Shown: positions 24,801 through 39,656 of the stretch, piece after piece
How the letters are laid out: every line of letters starts with the position of its first letter
Numbering within the stretch: the first letter of the stretch is position 1
Origin: Calcarisporiella thermophila CBS 279.70
Taxonomy: Eukaryota > Fungi > Calcarisporiellomycota
DNA: 54,198 bases
Assembly: GCF_041956535.1 (NCBI RefSeq)
Contig: NW_027192221.1
Location: 203,969-258,166, forward strand
Direction of reading: 5' to 3'
Translations under genes and position numbers: made by a program
The notes under the pieces: generated by a model
Told to the model about the DNA's origin: nothing
Database searches by the model: none
The model's input: the letters and a program-made list of their open reading frames with translations, nothing else

Positions 24801-27800
24801 CGACGAAATTAAAAAGAAGCAAGGCGACCATTTTTCAGAGGTGGATGCTGAACGCCTCGAAAGTTTTATGTATGACCGCTTTAACGTTGAGCTATCTGCA
24901 GCTCAATTACTCGTGGGACATTCTTTTGAAGCATGCCTAAAACAAATTCGAGAACCAGATGCCGAGCGGAGTCTGCACGTATTGGAAAAGATCAGCATCT
25001 CTTTCGTGGTCGCTCTCTCTATCTTACCCCAATCACCATATTTGACACGGTGCTGCATTACAGGGAATTTACCACTCTTACGGATGAATTTTTCCGATCG
25101 TAAATACAAGACATTCTTACGCTTGTTGGACATTATCATCCCCAAGACAGAAGAGGGAAAATCGACCAACATAGAAATGAGTACTGGTGATATGGGGAGG
25201 AAACGGCAAGGTGCTAAAAGGCTTACGTTCATGCAAGAGAATAAACCGATTTGGGAAGAAGAAGAGTCCGAAGAAGAGAACTTGGATATGAAGGAGGGAT
25301 TTAAGGACATAATGAAAGGCTCCGGTGAGAGCAGAAATGAGAAGAGATATATTGATAATAAGGTATATAATATATTCAAATGGCTCATTTACAAAATATT
25401 GCGATGTTAATTTTTAATAATGCATATTTAGATTCCTAATGCTCCTCGAATTAATCAAAAGCTATTTGAATTTAGCTTTGAGATAGAAAAGTTTACAGGT
25501 TCCCTCCGTGAAGCAAATGATGCAGATCCCAATTCCGAAACTGTACTTGCAGAATTGATTCTAGATCGTTTTGGATTCTCTCTGATTCATCGTCCGTATG
25601 ATACTTCAATTCGTATGACCCTTAAGGATCTTGTTGTGGAGGATCTAATGGTGGCAAGTGGGGATATATTTGGACAATTAGTCACTTCTCAACCTATCGG
25701 TAAAGAAAGTGGCTGCGATAAAGATCGTGATTTAGTAGAATTCCTTTTCACGAACTTGCTGAATGATTCGCCGGAACTCACCACAAAATACGATGGATAT
25801 AATCAAAACATTGATATTGCTCTTTCTACTATTAATATAATCGTCACGCGGGACAGCATCCTGACGCTCTATAATTTTATCCTCAACACTTTTGCTACCC
25901 CGGATTCACCACAGTCGAATTCTTCTACTGAGCCTTCAAAATATGCTCAATTGGATCGTGAATCAAAATCTCAACCCCAACTATCACAGCAAAATGTTGA
26001 AGAGATACATCCGGGCAAGTTCCGCATTCGCACCCGTATGGAAAGTGTTAATCTCATTCTCAACAACGATGGTCAGCATCTTGCGACTGCGGCTCTATCC
26101 CATGGCAATATTTCCGTAATTACACACCCGAATTACAACTGCATTAGGGTCAAGCTCGGAGATTTCACTCTTAACGACGACATTAACTCCTCCGCACCCC
26201 CTCTCATTACTTTCCAACAGGGCGAGGAGGATCTCGCCGACTTAAGCTACGAATCGTATGATTCCCGCCATGAGAATTATCCCGGCTACGACACTAGTCT
26301 ATTACTTCGTATAGGGACAGCACGTGTTTTATTTATTGAGGATTCAGTTCGTCAATTGCTTGAATTCTTCGGGCGATTTGCGGAGATGAAAACATTTTAT
26401 GACAATGCACGAGAGCGTGCAATTCAGTCCACTCAGCATTTGCAGGATACGAGAAATAATAAGTTTCATTTTGATATATTATGGAGAGCTCCTGTTGTAG
26501 TTTTCCCCAAGCATCCTGGAGAGAGAGCAGATTCAGTAGTTGCTCATTTAGGCGAGCTCACGGCAGTGAATGGATTTGTTGCTGCAGAGGATGAGTTAGG
26601 ACCAGGCCGATGGCTGGAGCATACACGGATTGGGTTGAAACATATACGATTAAGATCCGAGTTTTTCAACCCGAGGGATATAGGCGTACACAGTGAAGGG
26701 GCATGGTCCAGCTTGAACATTATTGAGGACGTCGATATTGAGCTTGATATTATGTATGCTGAGCGTATCGAAGAAGTCAACCGTCCTGATAGAGAAGTAG
26801 ATAGCACTCATGCTTGCTCTATCGTTATTTTAATGATATTAATATACTGTTTTCATTGCTAGATTATTGGTCAAATGTCAGAGGTACGCATGAACTTGGA
26901 CGAAAAACAGTATTGTTTTCTGCTTGACATTGCAAACATTGTCACACGTACTTTCTACGGAAGTTCAACCACTGAATCAGAGCATATTAAACTGCAGCTG
27001 GATAGTGCTGAGACTGATGTTAGATCACGAAATCACAGCAATAGTTCAACAAAATCTATAGGAGAGAGCAAAACGATCAGCGCAAGTAAAATTTGGACTA
27101 GTATCGACTTCAATTTCCAAATTCCAATTATTACTCTTGAGATATTTCGAATTAATCGCGATCTAAGCCATGAAACTGGTACTAATGCTAGAAATTCTCA
27201 TTCCAGTTCGCTAAGTCGGCTATGGTTAAGCAATACGGATATTAAGCTTAAAATACTTACTGATTCTTCTATGAATGCGGAATTTAAGGTGCAGTCTCTC
27301 AATGTCAACGATACAAGGCAATATATCAGCAGCCAGTACCGCGAAATAATGCCAGCAGTGAGTCATGAAGGGCCACAGTTCATGGCCAATGTGCAATGGT
27401 TGCCGATAATACCTTCATCTGGAGAGCAGCAACCAAGACAAAATGTGGAAATGGTGATGACAATTGATAGTCCTAAGGTCATATTTGCTTTGGACTATAT
27501 ATTTTCATTGAAAAATTTTTTCACTGCACCCTTTACTAATCCACAAGCACAAGAGGATTGCCCACCTTCATATCAGCAGAAGCAAAATCGGCCACATAAA
27601 TACAGTGCAGACCAAGCCAAGTCAATCCAAACTGAATATATCGTTGGAGGGAGGCACAGCCATCAACACTTGGTTGCATCGCAATCCCCCACTGGCTCTT
27701 TCTCTTATCGCTTTAATATCGTCGATATGGAGCTCATCCTCATAGATGATGCCGAAAATTTAAGCTCTGATGCATTTTTCCTTTCGGCACGCCAAATGGT

Positions 27801-30800
27801 CCTTTCTCAACAGCATGAGCTCACGTCTCTCAAAATTGATCATATTGGTATGTTCTTGTGTCGCATGGATATGCGTGAAGAAACTACTCTTAGGCTGATT
27901 GAGGGCTTCGATATTGTGCTGTCAATGGAAACTCGATTATCCATGTCAAGTGGTCTTAGTTTAGGGCGGAAAATGACAAATATCGTAGCGAATGTGCAGC
28001 CCTTAATATTTAGGCTCTCGTATCGAGATATGATGTTAATTCTGGGGATTATAAACAAGGCAGCTGAGTTGCAGCTTTGGGGGGACAAACACAGAACTCT
28101 TCAACAAGAGAAAAAGAATCGCCCCCTCACTGACTCTTCAAAATCGAACAAGCTGTTAGATTATTCACCTCTAGAAGAAGTAAGAAAAAAGCACAAAGAG
28201 CCATATATCCTAACCTCAACCGAAACAGTTAGTGACGTTTTTTTTCATTTAATGATGACAAATACTAATACTTTATTTCCATCACATTAGTTTAAAGCAT
28301 CTTTCGAGAGTGTGCATATTATTCTAATCGGCGATTTCCATGAACTTCCTATGGTTGATATATATTTTGAACCATTCAATGTTAAGGCCTCAAATTGGTC
28401 AGGAGAGGTAATATTCGTATTCTTTTATACTTAGAATATTGACTTGAATCATGTCTTTCTCAGATGCGTTGCAATGCTCAATTTTCAACATATGCAAATT
28501 TTTTTAACATCAAAAATTCACAATGGGAGCCTTTGCTTGAACCATATACGTTTGATGTTAATGCAAGTTTTTCTCGTATTTGTTCTAAATAATATCAAAT
28601 TTGATTTACTTTCTACTATTTTTAGGCTACTCGCACGTTGGCTCCGGACTGCACAAACTTGGAGATTTTGTCAAGAGACCGCCTTGACATCAATATCTCT
28701 CACACTTTGGTCGAGACTGCCTTCTCGGCATTTATGTCCTGGGACAAACAAAAGGATGTAAATATTTTTTTTCTATTTTTTTTTTCATTCATGCTCCTTT
28801 TATTCATTCTCCTGCTCTTCGGAAGGTTTCACCAAGGTCCACCCGTGGGCCTGTAGTACCCTATCTTATCCGCAATCGCACCGGTTGCGGCATGTTCGTA
28901 TGGTCGAACATCCATGGAAATAGAGAGGATACCCATATTGAAAATATTCCAGATGAGCAAGATGTGCCTTGGAAATTCGATGATTGGAGAGTTCGAAGAG
29001 AGGTAAATCTCATAAATACTCTAAGGTTCAACTTCCAATTTTACATTTCTATTAAACAGAACACGGCAGTACGTAACAACATGATAAGTTTGCAGTTCGA
29101 TGGGGCACAATGGGAATCTGTAAAAGATATTCCAGTCGATCGAGAGGGTGAATATCTATATGTTTTGAGGCCGAAAACACATGGAGTTTCCCATCGACTC
29201 GTATGTGAGATCAAAATTCAGAATAATATCAAGGTTGTGACTTTCCGTGCAACGCTCGTTGTTGAAAATTGCACCCATATACCGGTTGAAATGGTGATGG
29301 TAGATGCCAAAGCTACCCATATATCAAACATATACAAGATCGGTACGCTTTTAATTGTATTTTTCAAGCTCTCTTTAATTCTTACATTTCATTTTTTATT
29401 AGTTCCGGGTGGTAAATGTCCAGTACCAATTTCACTTTCGTATCATAGTCGAATTCGTGTACGCCCTGAAGGTATAACGTTCATCCTAAATACTGATATT
29501 TTTTTTACATAATTTTTTTCTAACAGCTGGATTCGGATATGGATGGTGCGGCCAGAGCCTATACTGGCACGATTTGACAAAGGAGAATCGGATCAAGTCT
29601 GTATTATGTATGCCAATAGAGCATGACGATATTCCGTTCCGATTTCAGGTGCATGGGAGTTATAATAAGCTAGATCCATTAGCTAAGTACGTTGCAACAT
29701 TACTTTGCGAGCATTCATTTGGCTAATTTTGCTAACAACATATAGACGATACCCATATATGACCATACGTCTCTTCTCACCGCTTGAAATCGAGAATCTT
29801 CTTCCTTATGATATAAAACTTCGTGTGGTTGACAAAACAACTAAGCATGACTTCAGCAATCACTTGCAGACAGGCGGATCCCTCCCTCTTCACGTGGTAG
29901 AGACGTCTCACTTATTATTAATGAGCGTCAATGTGCTGTATAGCGGTAACTCTTATTACAATTGGGGATTAAGTCAAACCAAATTATCTCATATTTTTCA
30001 TAGTTTATCGGCCAAGCGAGTTTGCAATTATTTCCACTACACCTGCAGACGACTTAGATCTTGATAAATCTCTAGTACTACTCGACCCTGATGGACTGAA
30101 GCTTAATTTAGATCTCCATTACTTGTATGATATTCATAATATTTTCTTATCTCCATCTAGCAACTAAATTATTTTTGACTAGTGAAATACCCGATTCAGG
30201 GGGTGCTCTGAAGTTAAGCATAGCCTGTCCTTATGTTATGCTGAATAAGACTGGATTGGATATGGCTTTCATGTCAAAAACATTTTTGCAGGCCCCCAAA
30301 TTTGTTGCCGGACAAAGTAAGTTGTTTTTGAACTGGTATAAGATTATTTTAATGTTAAATACTTTATAAAAGGAATTTCAAACAGACAAAATAAGCAGCA
30401 GCGCCCTTTTCTCTTTTCTTATCCGAAGAAAGACCATCGTAACAGGGCACTTATTCAAGTTGGAAACTCACAGTGGAGTGAAGTAAATCTATTATTATAT
30501 TTCTAGCGTAGATTTCTTGTTTTACCAACTCTATGTCTGTATAGCCATTAAGTTTTGAGGCAGTCGAAACAGCGATCGAGGTAGTCATTCCCTCATCACT
30601 TCCACGCTCTGAGGAGGTTCATATTGGTGTCACTGTACATGAAGGACAAGGAAGAGTATGTGTCAACCATCTATATATATTTTGAGCAATACTAAAGCTT
30701 GCATATTATCTAGTACAAACTTTGTAAAGTGATCACCTTTACACCGCGCTTCATTTTACAGAACCATCTTGATACTGACTTAAACTTTCGTGAGCCCGGC

Positions 30801-33800
30801 ACTGCTTCCAAGTCGCATCTTCCTGCACACGGTCGCACAGCACTTCATTTTTTGCGCCAAGCTCAAGAGAAGCAATTAGTACTACAGTTCCCAGGCTTAA
30901 ATAACCCTTGGTAAATATATGCATTTTTTTTTTATGCATTAGCACTCATCTGAGCTTTCAAACTTATTTTCTATTGTAGGTCAGCACCGTTCAATATCCA
31001 AGAGCTCGGTCGAGCGCACATAAAATTAGTGAATGGAAATCGCTCCTCCGATTTAACTTTGATGCGTTGTGAGATTTTACTAGAAGAAGCAACGGTGTTT
31101 ATAGTATTCAGTAAAGAAACTGAGAAGTGGCCTTTTCGAATTGACAATAATTCTAGCACAGAAGTCATCTTTTACCAGCAAGTAAGTAAAACGTTCCAAC
31201 AAAATTACTTGCTTATATGGAATAATATTATCGAATTTAGGACCCACATGCATCTTCCGAAACATATTCGGGTGTACAGATATCGAGAGCACATCTCCCC
31301 CAATTTTCGCTCTCCCCGAACGAAAGTGCTCAATACTCTTGGGACTATCCGGCTGCGAAACACAAAGTTCTCGTTTTAAATGTAAACGGTCGTGAAAGAC
31401 ATATTAATTTCCAGGAGATTGGGTCGCTGATTCCCTTCCGATATCCGGTAATTATTATATGAAATTAACAGATTATTGTGTGGCTATTTCTGGATTAATA
31501 CATTTTCTATATAGACGGATTATGGTTATGAAATATTAGCCATGGATGTTATTGCAGAGGGACCAACCCAAGTGCTTAAACTGTCCAATTACACAGCTTC
31601 GGCTAGTCTCTATCGTCCTAAGCTCTCTTCTTCCTTTTCTTCTATGTCTATCAGTGGAAGCAGTAGCCACAGCCGAGAGCATCTTCGGGATGCTTTCGAA
31701 GTTGTTAGCATTGATTCAGTTACCAACTTTCGAGTCCTTGTAAAACTGGCAGGAATTGGGATTTCACTTATTAATAAGTCGCCTCAGGTATGGAAATCCT
31801 CACTAAAGTTACTTAAGCGATACAATCTCAACTTGATATGTCAATTTTGAAAATGCATTAGGAACTTTTATATGCCACACTTCGAGATGTTGAGATCAAA
31901 TATGATGACTCAACGCTTTATCAATCCATTAATTTGGTTATTCGCTGGATTCAGGTATAATGATATACTTTAATTCATGTTCAGCATATCTTTATATAGG
32001 ACTCACCTATGAGCTTAATTTTTAGATTGACAATCAGCTCTTTGGCGGACTCTATCCAATTTTACTATACCCATCAATAGTTCCTCAATCCGGAAGAGAA
32101 TCTGAAAGTCATCCTACGCTTCACGGTGCATTGATACGTGTCAAGGACGAGTGTAAGTAACGCAACGTTCAATATATGTTCAATAAGTTGACTATTATTG
32201 TTTATTTACATATATTTTTAGCCCATGGTGTCATGTATCTCAAATATTGTTCTGTACTGCTCCAAGAAATATCCTTCGAAATGGACGAAGATTTCTTATT
32301 TGCCCTTGTGGATTTCACTAAGCTCGACATTCCAGGTTGGAATGTTGAACCTGCAAAGTATTTAGCCAATTTCTCATTACGTGATATCTATTTTATTTAT
32401 CATTCTATATGTAAACTTATTTTTCCCAGGCTCTGCGATGAAAATATGGAGATTCCAGAACCCAAATTGGCAGAAGGAGATGTCCAACTGTATTTTGAGG
32501 TCCTTCATATCCAACCGATCAAACTCAACATATCTTTTGTTCGCACGGAAAGGATCAATGTGACGGAAGGAGTGTAAATACTTCTCAATTCTTAAAAATC
32601 TTTTCTAATTTCCCTCTAATTAGACATGCTAACTTCATTTTGCTTTTGCTTAGAACGACCTCACATAACCCGGTCATGTTTTTCTTAAATGTGCTTACAA
32701 TGGCAATCGGAAATATAAACGTAAAATTTTATATGCAACTTTAAACATCTATTAGTATTATTTATCGCATCCTTAACTTCTAGGACGCCCCCATCCGCCT
32801 TGATTCTCTGATTGTAGAGAATGTCCGCGTTACCGCACCCGTACTTTTTGACCGAATTCGCCGCCATTATGGCCAGGAGTTTTTCACTCAAGTGCATAAA
32901 ATAATTGGCTCAGCAGATCTTCTGGGCAACCCCGTAGGACTTTTCAATAATGTGAGCTCCGGTGTAGCTGCGATGTTTTATGAGCCATATCAAGGCTTCA
33001 TCATGACCGACAGACCACAGGATTTGGGAATTGGATTAGCAAAGGTAGTCTTAATATTATTTCTACAATGTTTAAATTATACGTGTATTTACCACTTTTA
33101 CTGTAAAATTTTTTTTGTAGGGTACCGCAAATTTCTTCAAAAAAACCGTTTATGGACTCAGTGACTCCGTTTCTAAAATCACTGGTAGCGTCGGAAAAGG
33201 CCTCTCCGCTGCAACCATGGACAAGGCCTATCAAGACCGAAGGCGAATGGCGATGGTTCGGAATCGGCCAAAGCATGCTATCTATGGCGTAACTCAAGGC
33301 GCAAACCAGTTGGTGTCAAGTTTTGCGAGTGGAGTTGCTGGGATCGTACAGAAGCCGATTGAAGGTGCAGAAACTGAAGGAGTAGGCGGCTTCTTTAAGG
33401 GCATTGGCAAAGGATTGATTGGAGCCGTCACCAAACCGGTGGTGGGAGTATTGGACTTGGCGAGTAACGTGTCGGAGGGAATTCGTAATACAACTACAGT
33501 TTTTGATGCAAATGATATAGAGAGAGTTAGACTGCCACGGCACATTGGAAGGGATCGCATATTACGTGTGAGTGAATATATTTAACATATTTCTCCATCT
33601 TTATTTTTTGGACTTAGTTATCAACCATTTGTTATACTTTAGCCATATTCACAACGAGAAGCTCTTGGACAGAGCTGGCTCAAAGAGTTGGATAATGGCC
33701 ATTTTTTCAACGAGAAATATGTTGCGCACTGCTCTGTGCGCTCTGATGAAGTAGTTGCATTGCTGACTGCTACTCGTCTTATGCTTGTTCGCACGCGCAA

Positions 33801-33996
33801 GTTAACTGTGGAATGGGAAGAGCCATTTAAAGAGCTACAATCGATAACGCTTGAGCCTACGGGGATCGCAATGCAATTACGTGGCGGGGAACCTGGTCCT
33901 TTCCTGCCTATCCCCCACCCTCAATGTGGATGGTTCTATCAGAAGATTGAGGAAGTTATTCGTCAGCATAATGCTGACCGTCGGCCAGAGGACTAG
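21820..33996 (+). CDS. VPS13: Vacuolar protein sorting 13 bridge-like lipid transfer protein, many exons
   Basis: Chorein-N start [21 protein letters not shown]; [14 protein letters not shown]; WEPLLEP; VAB repeats; WIQIDNQL; [24 protein letters not shown]; ATG2-C-like [17 protein letters not shown]; C-terminal PH-like domain. Confidence 0.97.
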
Positions 33997-34624
33997 AGAT
34001 GTGCTTTATATTAAAAAAGTCCTGGATTTTTCATGTAATTCATGGCCTTTTTTCATTTGCCTAATTTTCGTTCTTTTCGCATAGCTAGTTTAGTTCGCTA
34101 ATTCCTGAAGTTTTCTCTCCGACCACTCATTGCTTTAAGAGCTAATTACATGTAACAAGATGTCTATCTAGATTTAGTTTTATTTCCATTCTAAGTGGAA
34201 TAAGCTTTTGTTTATATGAAAATCGATTCAAACAAACAACCTGAAGTGAACAATATCAATCTTTTACATGCTACGAATCCTTTTTTAGAACGTTTACAGA
34301 CGTTCGCTCTAACTTCAAGTTTAGGTGAGCGTATTCATTACTGACTCACCTTATCGAAGGAGAGATTGTAATAAATACTCTGGGATAATGGTTGAATTAA
34401 ATGGGGTTTATTCTAAAAACAAATGTTCAAATGTACAATAAAATTAAGAAAGAAATTTACAAATAAAATGCGAGAGGAAGGGGATGCGGTCACAATGTTC
34501 CGAATTATAGAACTAGATGCAGTATGAAATTTAGGAAAAGTATTATCCAAATGAGACACTTGAAATTGGTAACAATATCAAAATTTGAAGCAGCTAAGCT
34601 TTGAAGCGAAGATATTGACATAAT

Positions 34625-36467
34625 TTATCGCTGTGTTGCTGACAAGAACCAGCAATCCTCAGTCGCCGGAGATTGCTGTTGGCCATCTGAGTGAAGCTCT
34701 TCCATCGCTGAACTTTCTGTGGAGAATCCGCGAACGCGAATGAGACTCGGTCCAGTCGAAGGGCTCAAAGAGCGAACCGAATTGTGCTGTGCATAAAGAT
34801 CCGTAGGGAAAGATAAGTTGGGAGAGGTGGCGATTGTAGAGGAGAGTGGTGAGAAAATATTGTCTGTCGAATCTTTATCAGCAGTGATAGATTGGCTTTC
34901 CGTAAAACCGCGTACAGTAAGACTGTTGATAGTGCTAGTGCTCGCTGTAGTTGAAAGGGTATTCGAAGTAGCGGAATCGGTTAATATTTGAAAATCCATT
35001 GTAGATGATACACTCGGGCGCTCCGTGTGGGCATGGGCGAGCGGATCATGACTCTCTTGTGGGACTGGAAAAAGTGTCCATCGTATGGATTCCGTTTCAG
35101 TATATGATGTTGACTGTAATCTCGAGGTTTGAGGGGAGGATGGAGAGAATTGGCCCGAAACCGAAGAAGTCGAGGGTGAAATTTTCTCGCACTTGACAGT
35201 AGCAAAACTAGGTGAAACGAAACTCGATGGGGACTCCATGAGAAATTCCAAGCGGTTGTCTATCGACTTATCACTCTGGCCAAGAGTTGGTTGTTTTAGC
35301 TTTTCGTGTAAAGATTTATCGAATTTTTGCCGAGGTGCCTCTAAATTTCTCGAAGAATATTCCAGAGGATTGGGTAACAGATTGTTGCTATTATGAAAAG
35401 TCGAGGACGACGCTTGCCGAAATTCTGCCGAAGGTTGTATATTCTTGCCAATGTTTGGAGCGCTGTTTCCGAGCGGAGATATGGATGCGATTAAATTGTT
35501 ATCCAATTTCATATGAGACAAGCTCTGGTTATTAAAATGCTCACAAGTATGTTTCCCTAAAATACGCCAACAAGAGGATGGTAAGGACAATGAAACCACA
35601 TAATAAAAATATTCTATATATATTATTATAAGAGTTTCTTGAAAATGTATTTACCCATATCATCAGAGAGGCAAAATATTTGGTTGAGAAGATGCTCGTG
35701 TACTGACACTTTTTGTTCTAGAGCTTCCAACTGATAGCGTAATGAATGATAGCATTTTAGAAGTTCTTTGATTTTATTGAGAAGTTCATCACGAGTTCGT
35801 CTCAACGTTTGTATTTCGGCCTGACTATTTGCCACTGTATCATGTCCTTTGATCGTGGCGGAATTTGTGGAGCCTCTACGGATAGTTGTGGATTTTCTCT
35901 GAATATAAAAGAAATTGATTTAGAGTAAACATCAGCGGGTGTAAAGGCGGCTAGGGAATACCCGCACAACAAGAAATTTCTCTACTGCTTACCTTGATTG
36001 CATCTGGATTAAATTTTTGATCATACCGAAAATTCTTATGGTAAAATTCCCATGATTGCTTCTGAAATACGAGCCAGACGGATCTCTATTAATAAATGTA
36101 ATAGAAGAGGACAAGGCAACTGCTTCTTACCCCATTTTTCTCTGGGTTTCGTAATTTTCGAAAATCGTACTTGTTTAGTTGACGAACGAAACTCGCAAAA
36201 TTGTTATGTTTGAAGTGTTTTGGCAGAATTCGACTTTGAAATTCTGTTGCATCGCGAACAACAAAGGTATCAAGATTTTTCCCCCAAGATACAATATCGA
36301 CATGGGTCTTATCTTCAAGCATACTTGCGACGAGGAGAGAGATAATAAGAAAACAATGTTGACTGGAAGCTATCGAAATTATAATCTTACTTGTAGAGCT
36401 TTTTAACAAACTCAGATGGTGGACCTGTATTATGATTGCGAACAATACGCTCCATGGGATCTGCCAT
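34625..36467 (-). CDS. HSF-type DNA-binding protein (Skn7/Prr1-like DNA-binding domain) with coiled coil and Ser/Thr-rich tail
   Basis: Spliced model MADPMER...PSEFVKKLY/NMLED...IVSWG...ILPKHFKHNNFASFVRQLNKYDFRK/WEFYHKNF, then heptad region EIQTLRRTRDELLNKIKELL and a low-complexity last exon. Confidence 0.85.
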
Positions 36468-37483
36468 GTTATCATCTATAATCAATTCAGAGACTAAGCC
36501 TGGTTTTTGATCAGTACCGAGAGAAAGGCTACGCAACCCACATGAGTTTAGTGTGTTTTAACACAATCTATTTTACTCGCAGTGAAGTGAACTAAGATAA
36601 ATTAAGGGTCGAAGATGAAGCGAGGAGATGGAGAAAATGGATGTGGAAAGTAAGAGAAAGTATTGATTGAGGGGGGCATAATGTAAAAAAGGAAGTCGTT
36701 TCCGCCGTCTTTCTCATTGTAAGAACGCTTGAACAAATTGGGTTAAGTCTAACCTTTCATGTCTATTGGTGGCACCTGCTATACCAAATCTATCTAAAAT
36801 AAAAATCCGATCGCGCTAAATCTCGCGCTAAAGAGCTGTCTAAACAGATAGGAAAAAAGGGGGCAAAAATAGTGAGCAGACTAAGGCTCGAAAAGCATGA
36901 TTATGTCCCTAAGAGGGCCCTTGTTACCATCTAACCCCCCTATATTCTGGCTCCTCCCTTATTTAGAGGTTACGTTGACCCCTAACCGATGTCACACGTA
37001 GATTCGACCAGATTCTCCAATAAAATTACTTCGTTTCTGTGACGTATTTCATTGTTTCACAAATTAACAAACAAATTACAATTCTTAAATTCCGTTTCAG
37101 ATGATTTGTGAATCTGGCCGATATTTTGTAATGATATTCAAAAGTAACATATAGGTTAATGGAAGATGCTCATTACGGGGAAAGTTGTGTGCATCTGTTG
37201 ATATTCTGTAGCTGGAATAAAAGACGCTTCGGGATTTTAAATTCTTTCAACCGCTCCTAAAATGAGTCCTGGGCCTATTTTTATTCGTATTCTAAAAGTG
37301 TGAGGATGGGCATTAAGTTTAGTTAATTCACCGATAATCGCATATTATTATTCAAAGATGAGGCTGCTAAAACCAAAGAACTAGATATCTCTGCAGAACA
37401 AACCGATTGTTTCGTCTGCAGATAAATAATATACCCAACTTAGATACATCAACGATACCCCTCAATATTAGTTTCCTTTCCTC

Positions 37484-39464
37484 TTAATGATTTGTAGAAT
37501 TCAGATAATCCTCAATTGCGTCCAACAGGATATCTGCATGTCTCTTTTGAAATACAAGCATCGGCCGAAGTCGGATAGTTAATTCTCCACAGTGTCCCAT
37601 GTTAATGCCTCGTTTCCGCATCCCTACTACCCAATGGTCCTTCGCATTAGAGTCTCTGCAATCCCATGAGATAAAAGTTCCCTCTCCACGAACACGATGC
37701 ATTAGCGTTGGATACTTGGCAGCTAGATCTGAGAGTTCCTTAAAGAGATAATTGCCTATTTCACGGACATTTTGTAAAAGATTTTTATCGAAAATTTCAT
37801 TAACAATGGCCCTTGCTTGGAAAGTACGCATCGGGTCACCCATCCAGGTGTTATAAATCCTATAGGGTTGGCTGGAGAACAAAAGAGGTTTCCACAAATA
37901 TATCAAAATAACTGATTTAAAGAATGTGTGCTAATAGAGTTGGGGACTTACTTAGGTCGTAGCCCATCCCTATAGTAGTATCCTGCCGCCTGGAACTTTT
38001 TTGAAAAAGTGACAATATCGGGAGGAGTCTCCAGTCCCCATTTTTCGTGAGCCCAAAACGTTCCTGTTGCTGCAACACCAGTTTGCACTTCATCCACAAT
38101 CATCAGGACTCCGTGTCGCAGTGTCACTTCACGCAGTCCTTGAAAAAATGCGGGAGATGCATGATTGTCTCCGCCTTCGGATTGAATTGGTTCAACTACT
38201 AAAGCTGCCACCGGAGACTCTCCAGTTTTACGGGATTTTATAATAGTTTCCACCTGTTCTAAGCAACGTGCCTCTTCGTCTGCATTTTCTTGTTCATAAT
38301 CCTTTAGGGGATATTTGAGCATCGGGAAGTCCGCCTATTTGCAACCGAATAGATAAAAATTGAAGAGTAAATGTGAATAGACACAGAAAAAGATATATGC
38401 ATTTATATACTTGAGGCCAGTGCTTAAACGAGGGTATATCTATTTTATGAATAGATTTAGAATGCGTGGTGGAAAGAGTTCCAAATAAACGTCCGTGAAA
38501 TGCGTGTGAAAAACTTAAGATTGAAAGATCTATGGAAGGGAGAGCAGTTTAACAATAATCATATATTTATAATATTATGGATTATTACCCGGTGCCCCTG
38601 GAGGCTTATTAAGGAGAATACAAGAGGTTAAAAGAGTTATATCAGAAAATGAGAATAATATCAATAATTACTTGATTTTTCATACAAGATCTCAATTCCT
38701 CTTCGCTGAAGGAGACATGCTCACCACGCTGTCTTTGGCGATAGAAAATAAATGCCGCCTTGTAAGCGTTCTCATTGGAGCAGGAGCCACACATAGCTAC
38801 ACAGCAAATACCATTATTTGGCTAGATGTAATATTTAGAGAAGTATTCAAGTATCTTCTTACAAGTAAAGATATTGTTTAAACCTCTGGGTGCTACGCGC
38901 ATGAACGATTCTTCTAATAATTTTGGCCAATCATAGTTTGGCGAGAGGCCTAGTGCAGGTCTAATAGAATTAACGAAGTTCAGTTAACCAGGCCGACAAA
39001 TATCAAGATATAGAATTGAACCTATTGCATACGGCTGTGACGAATTCGGGATCATTAATAAGATTCAAAAGGGCAGGGCTATTATATCCAATTGGAATGG
39101 AAGATATCTGCGAATATACATCAAGGAGCATCTCGCCATCTACTCCAGCGAGATAATTTCCCACGGATTTAGAGAAGTCTATGCAAAAGCCATTCAACAA
39201 TAAGTAATGATAGGGCTAGATTAATGCATGTACAAGTTACATACCAGCCATCATTAAGATGCTACGCGTATCTTGCATCTTATCTAGCGAAGCGAGAAGC
39301 TCTTTGCCCCGTGCTCCTGGAATGCTAGTGTTCACTATAGGTGCCCTAGGCTCATTTGGGAAATAAGGAGAAACAGAGTATTGATTCGAAGCGCTACGCT
39401 GAGCAATAGTCGCAAGCCCACGAATGCTCAATTTGTTGAAGGTAGTACGTGAAATCCTAAGCAT
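37484..39464 (-). CDS. UGA1: 4-aminobutyrate (GABA) aminotransferase, eukaryotic type, with a probable mitochondrial presequence
   Basis: [66 protein letters not shown]-lysine motif IVTFSKK, NTWMGDP. The N-terminus is Arg-rich and lacks acidic residues. Contains a 16-nt microexon at 38589-38604. Confidence 0.96.
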
Positions 39465-39656
39465 TTCAAATGAATTCGAAAAGAGTGGGGAAGAAAATTT
39501 AATAGTTTGGCAAAAAGTTCCTCCATCGCCTTAAATAACGGTGGCGAATTTCGCTGAATCTCTCATCACAAATACGTCACCAGACCATATTTCAAAATTT
39601 CTCTACTATAATATTATTGAAGCTGCGGTAATTCAACTCCATGAGATTTAATAAAC

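Noticed and set aside
32770-32777. U12-like branch sequence TCCTTAAC in a VPS13 intron
   Set aside because: The donor is GTAAAA, not RTATCCT, and the motif also fits a U2 branch site.
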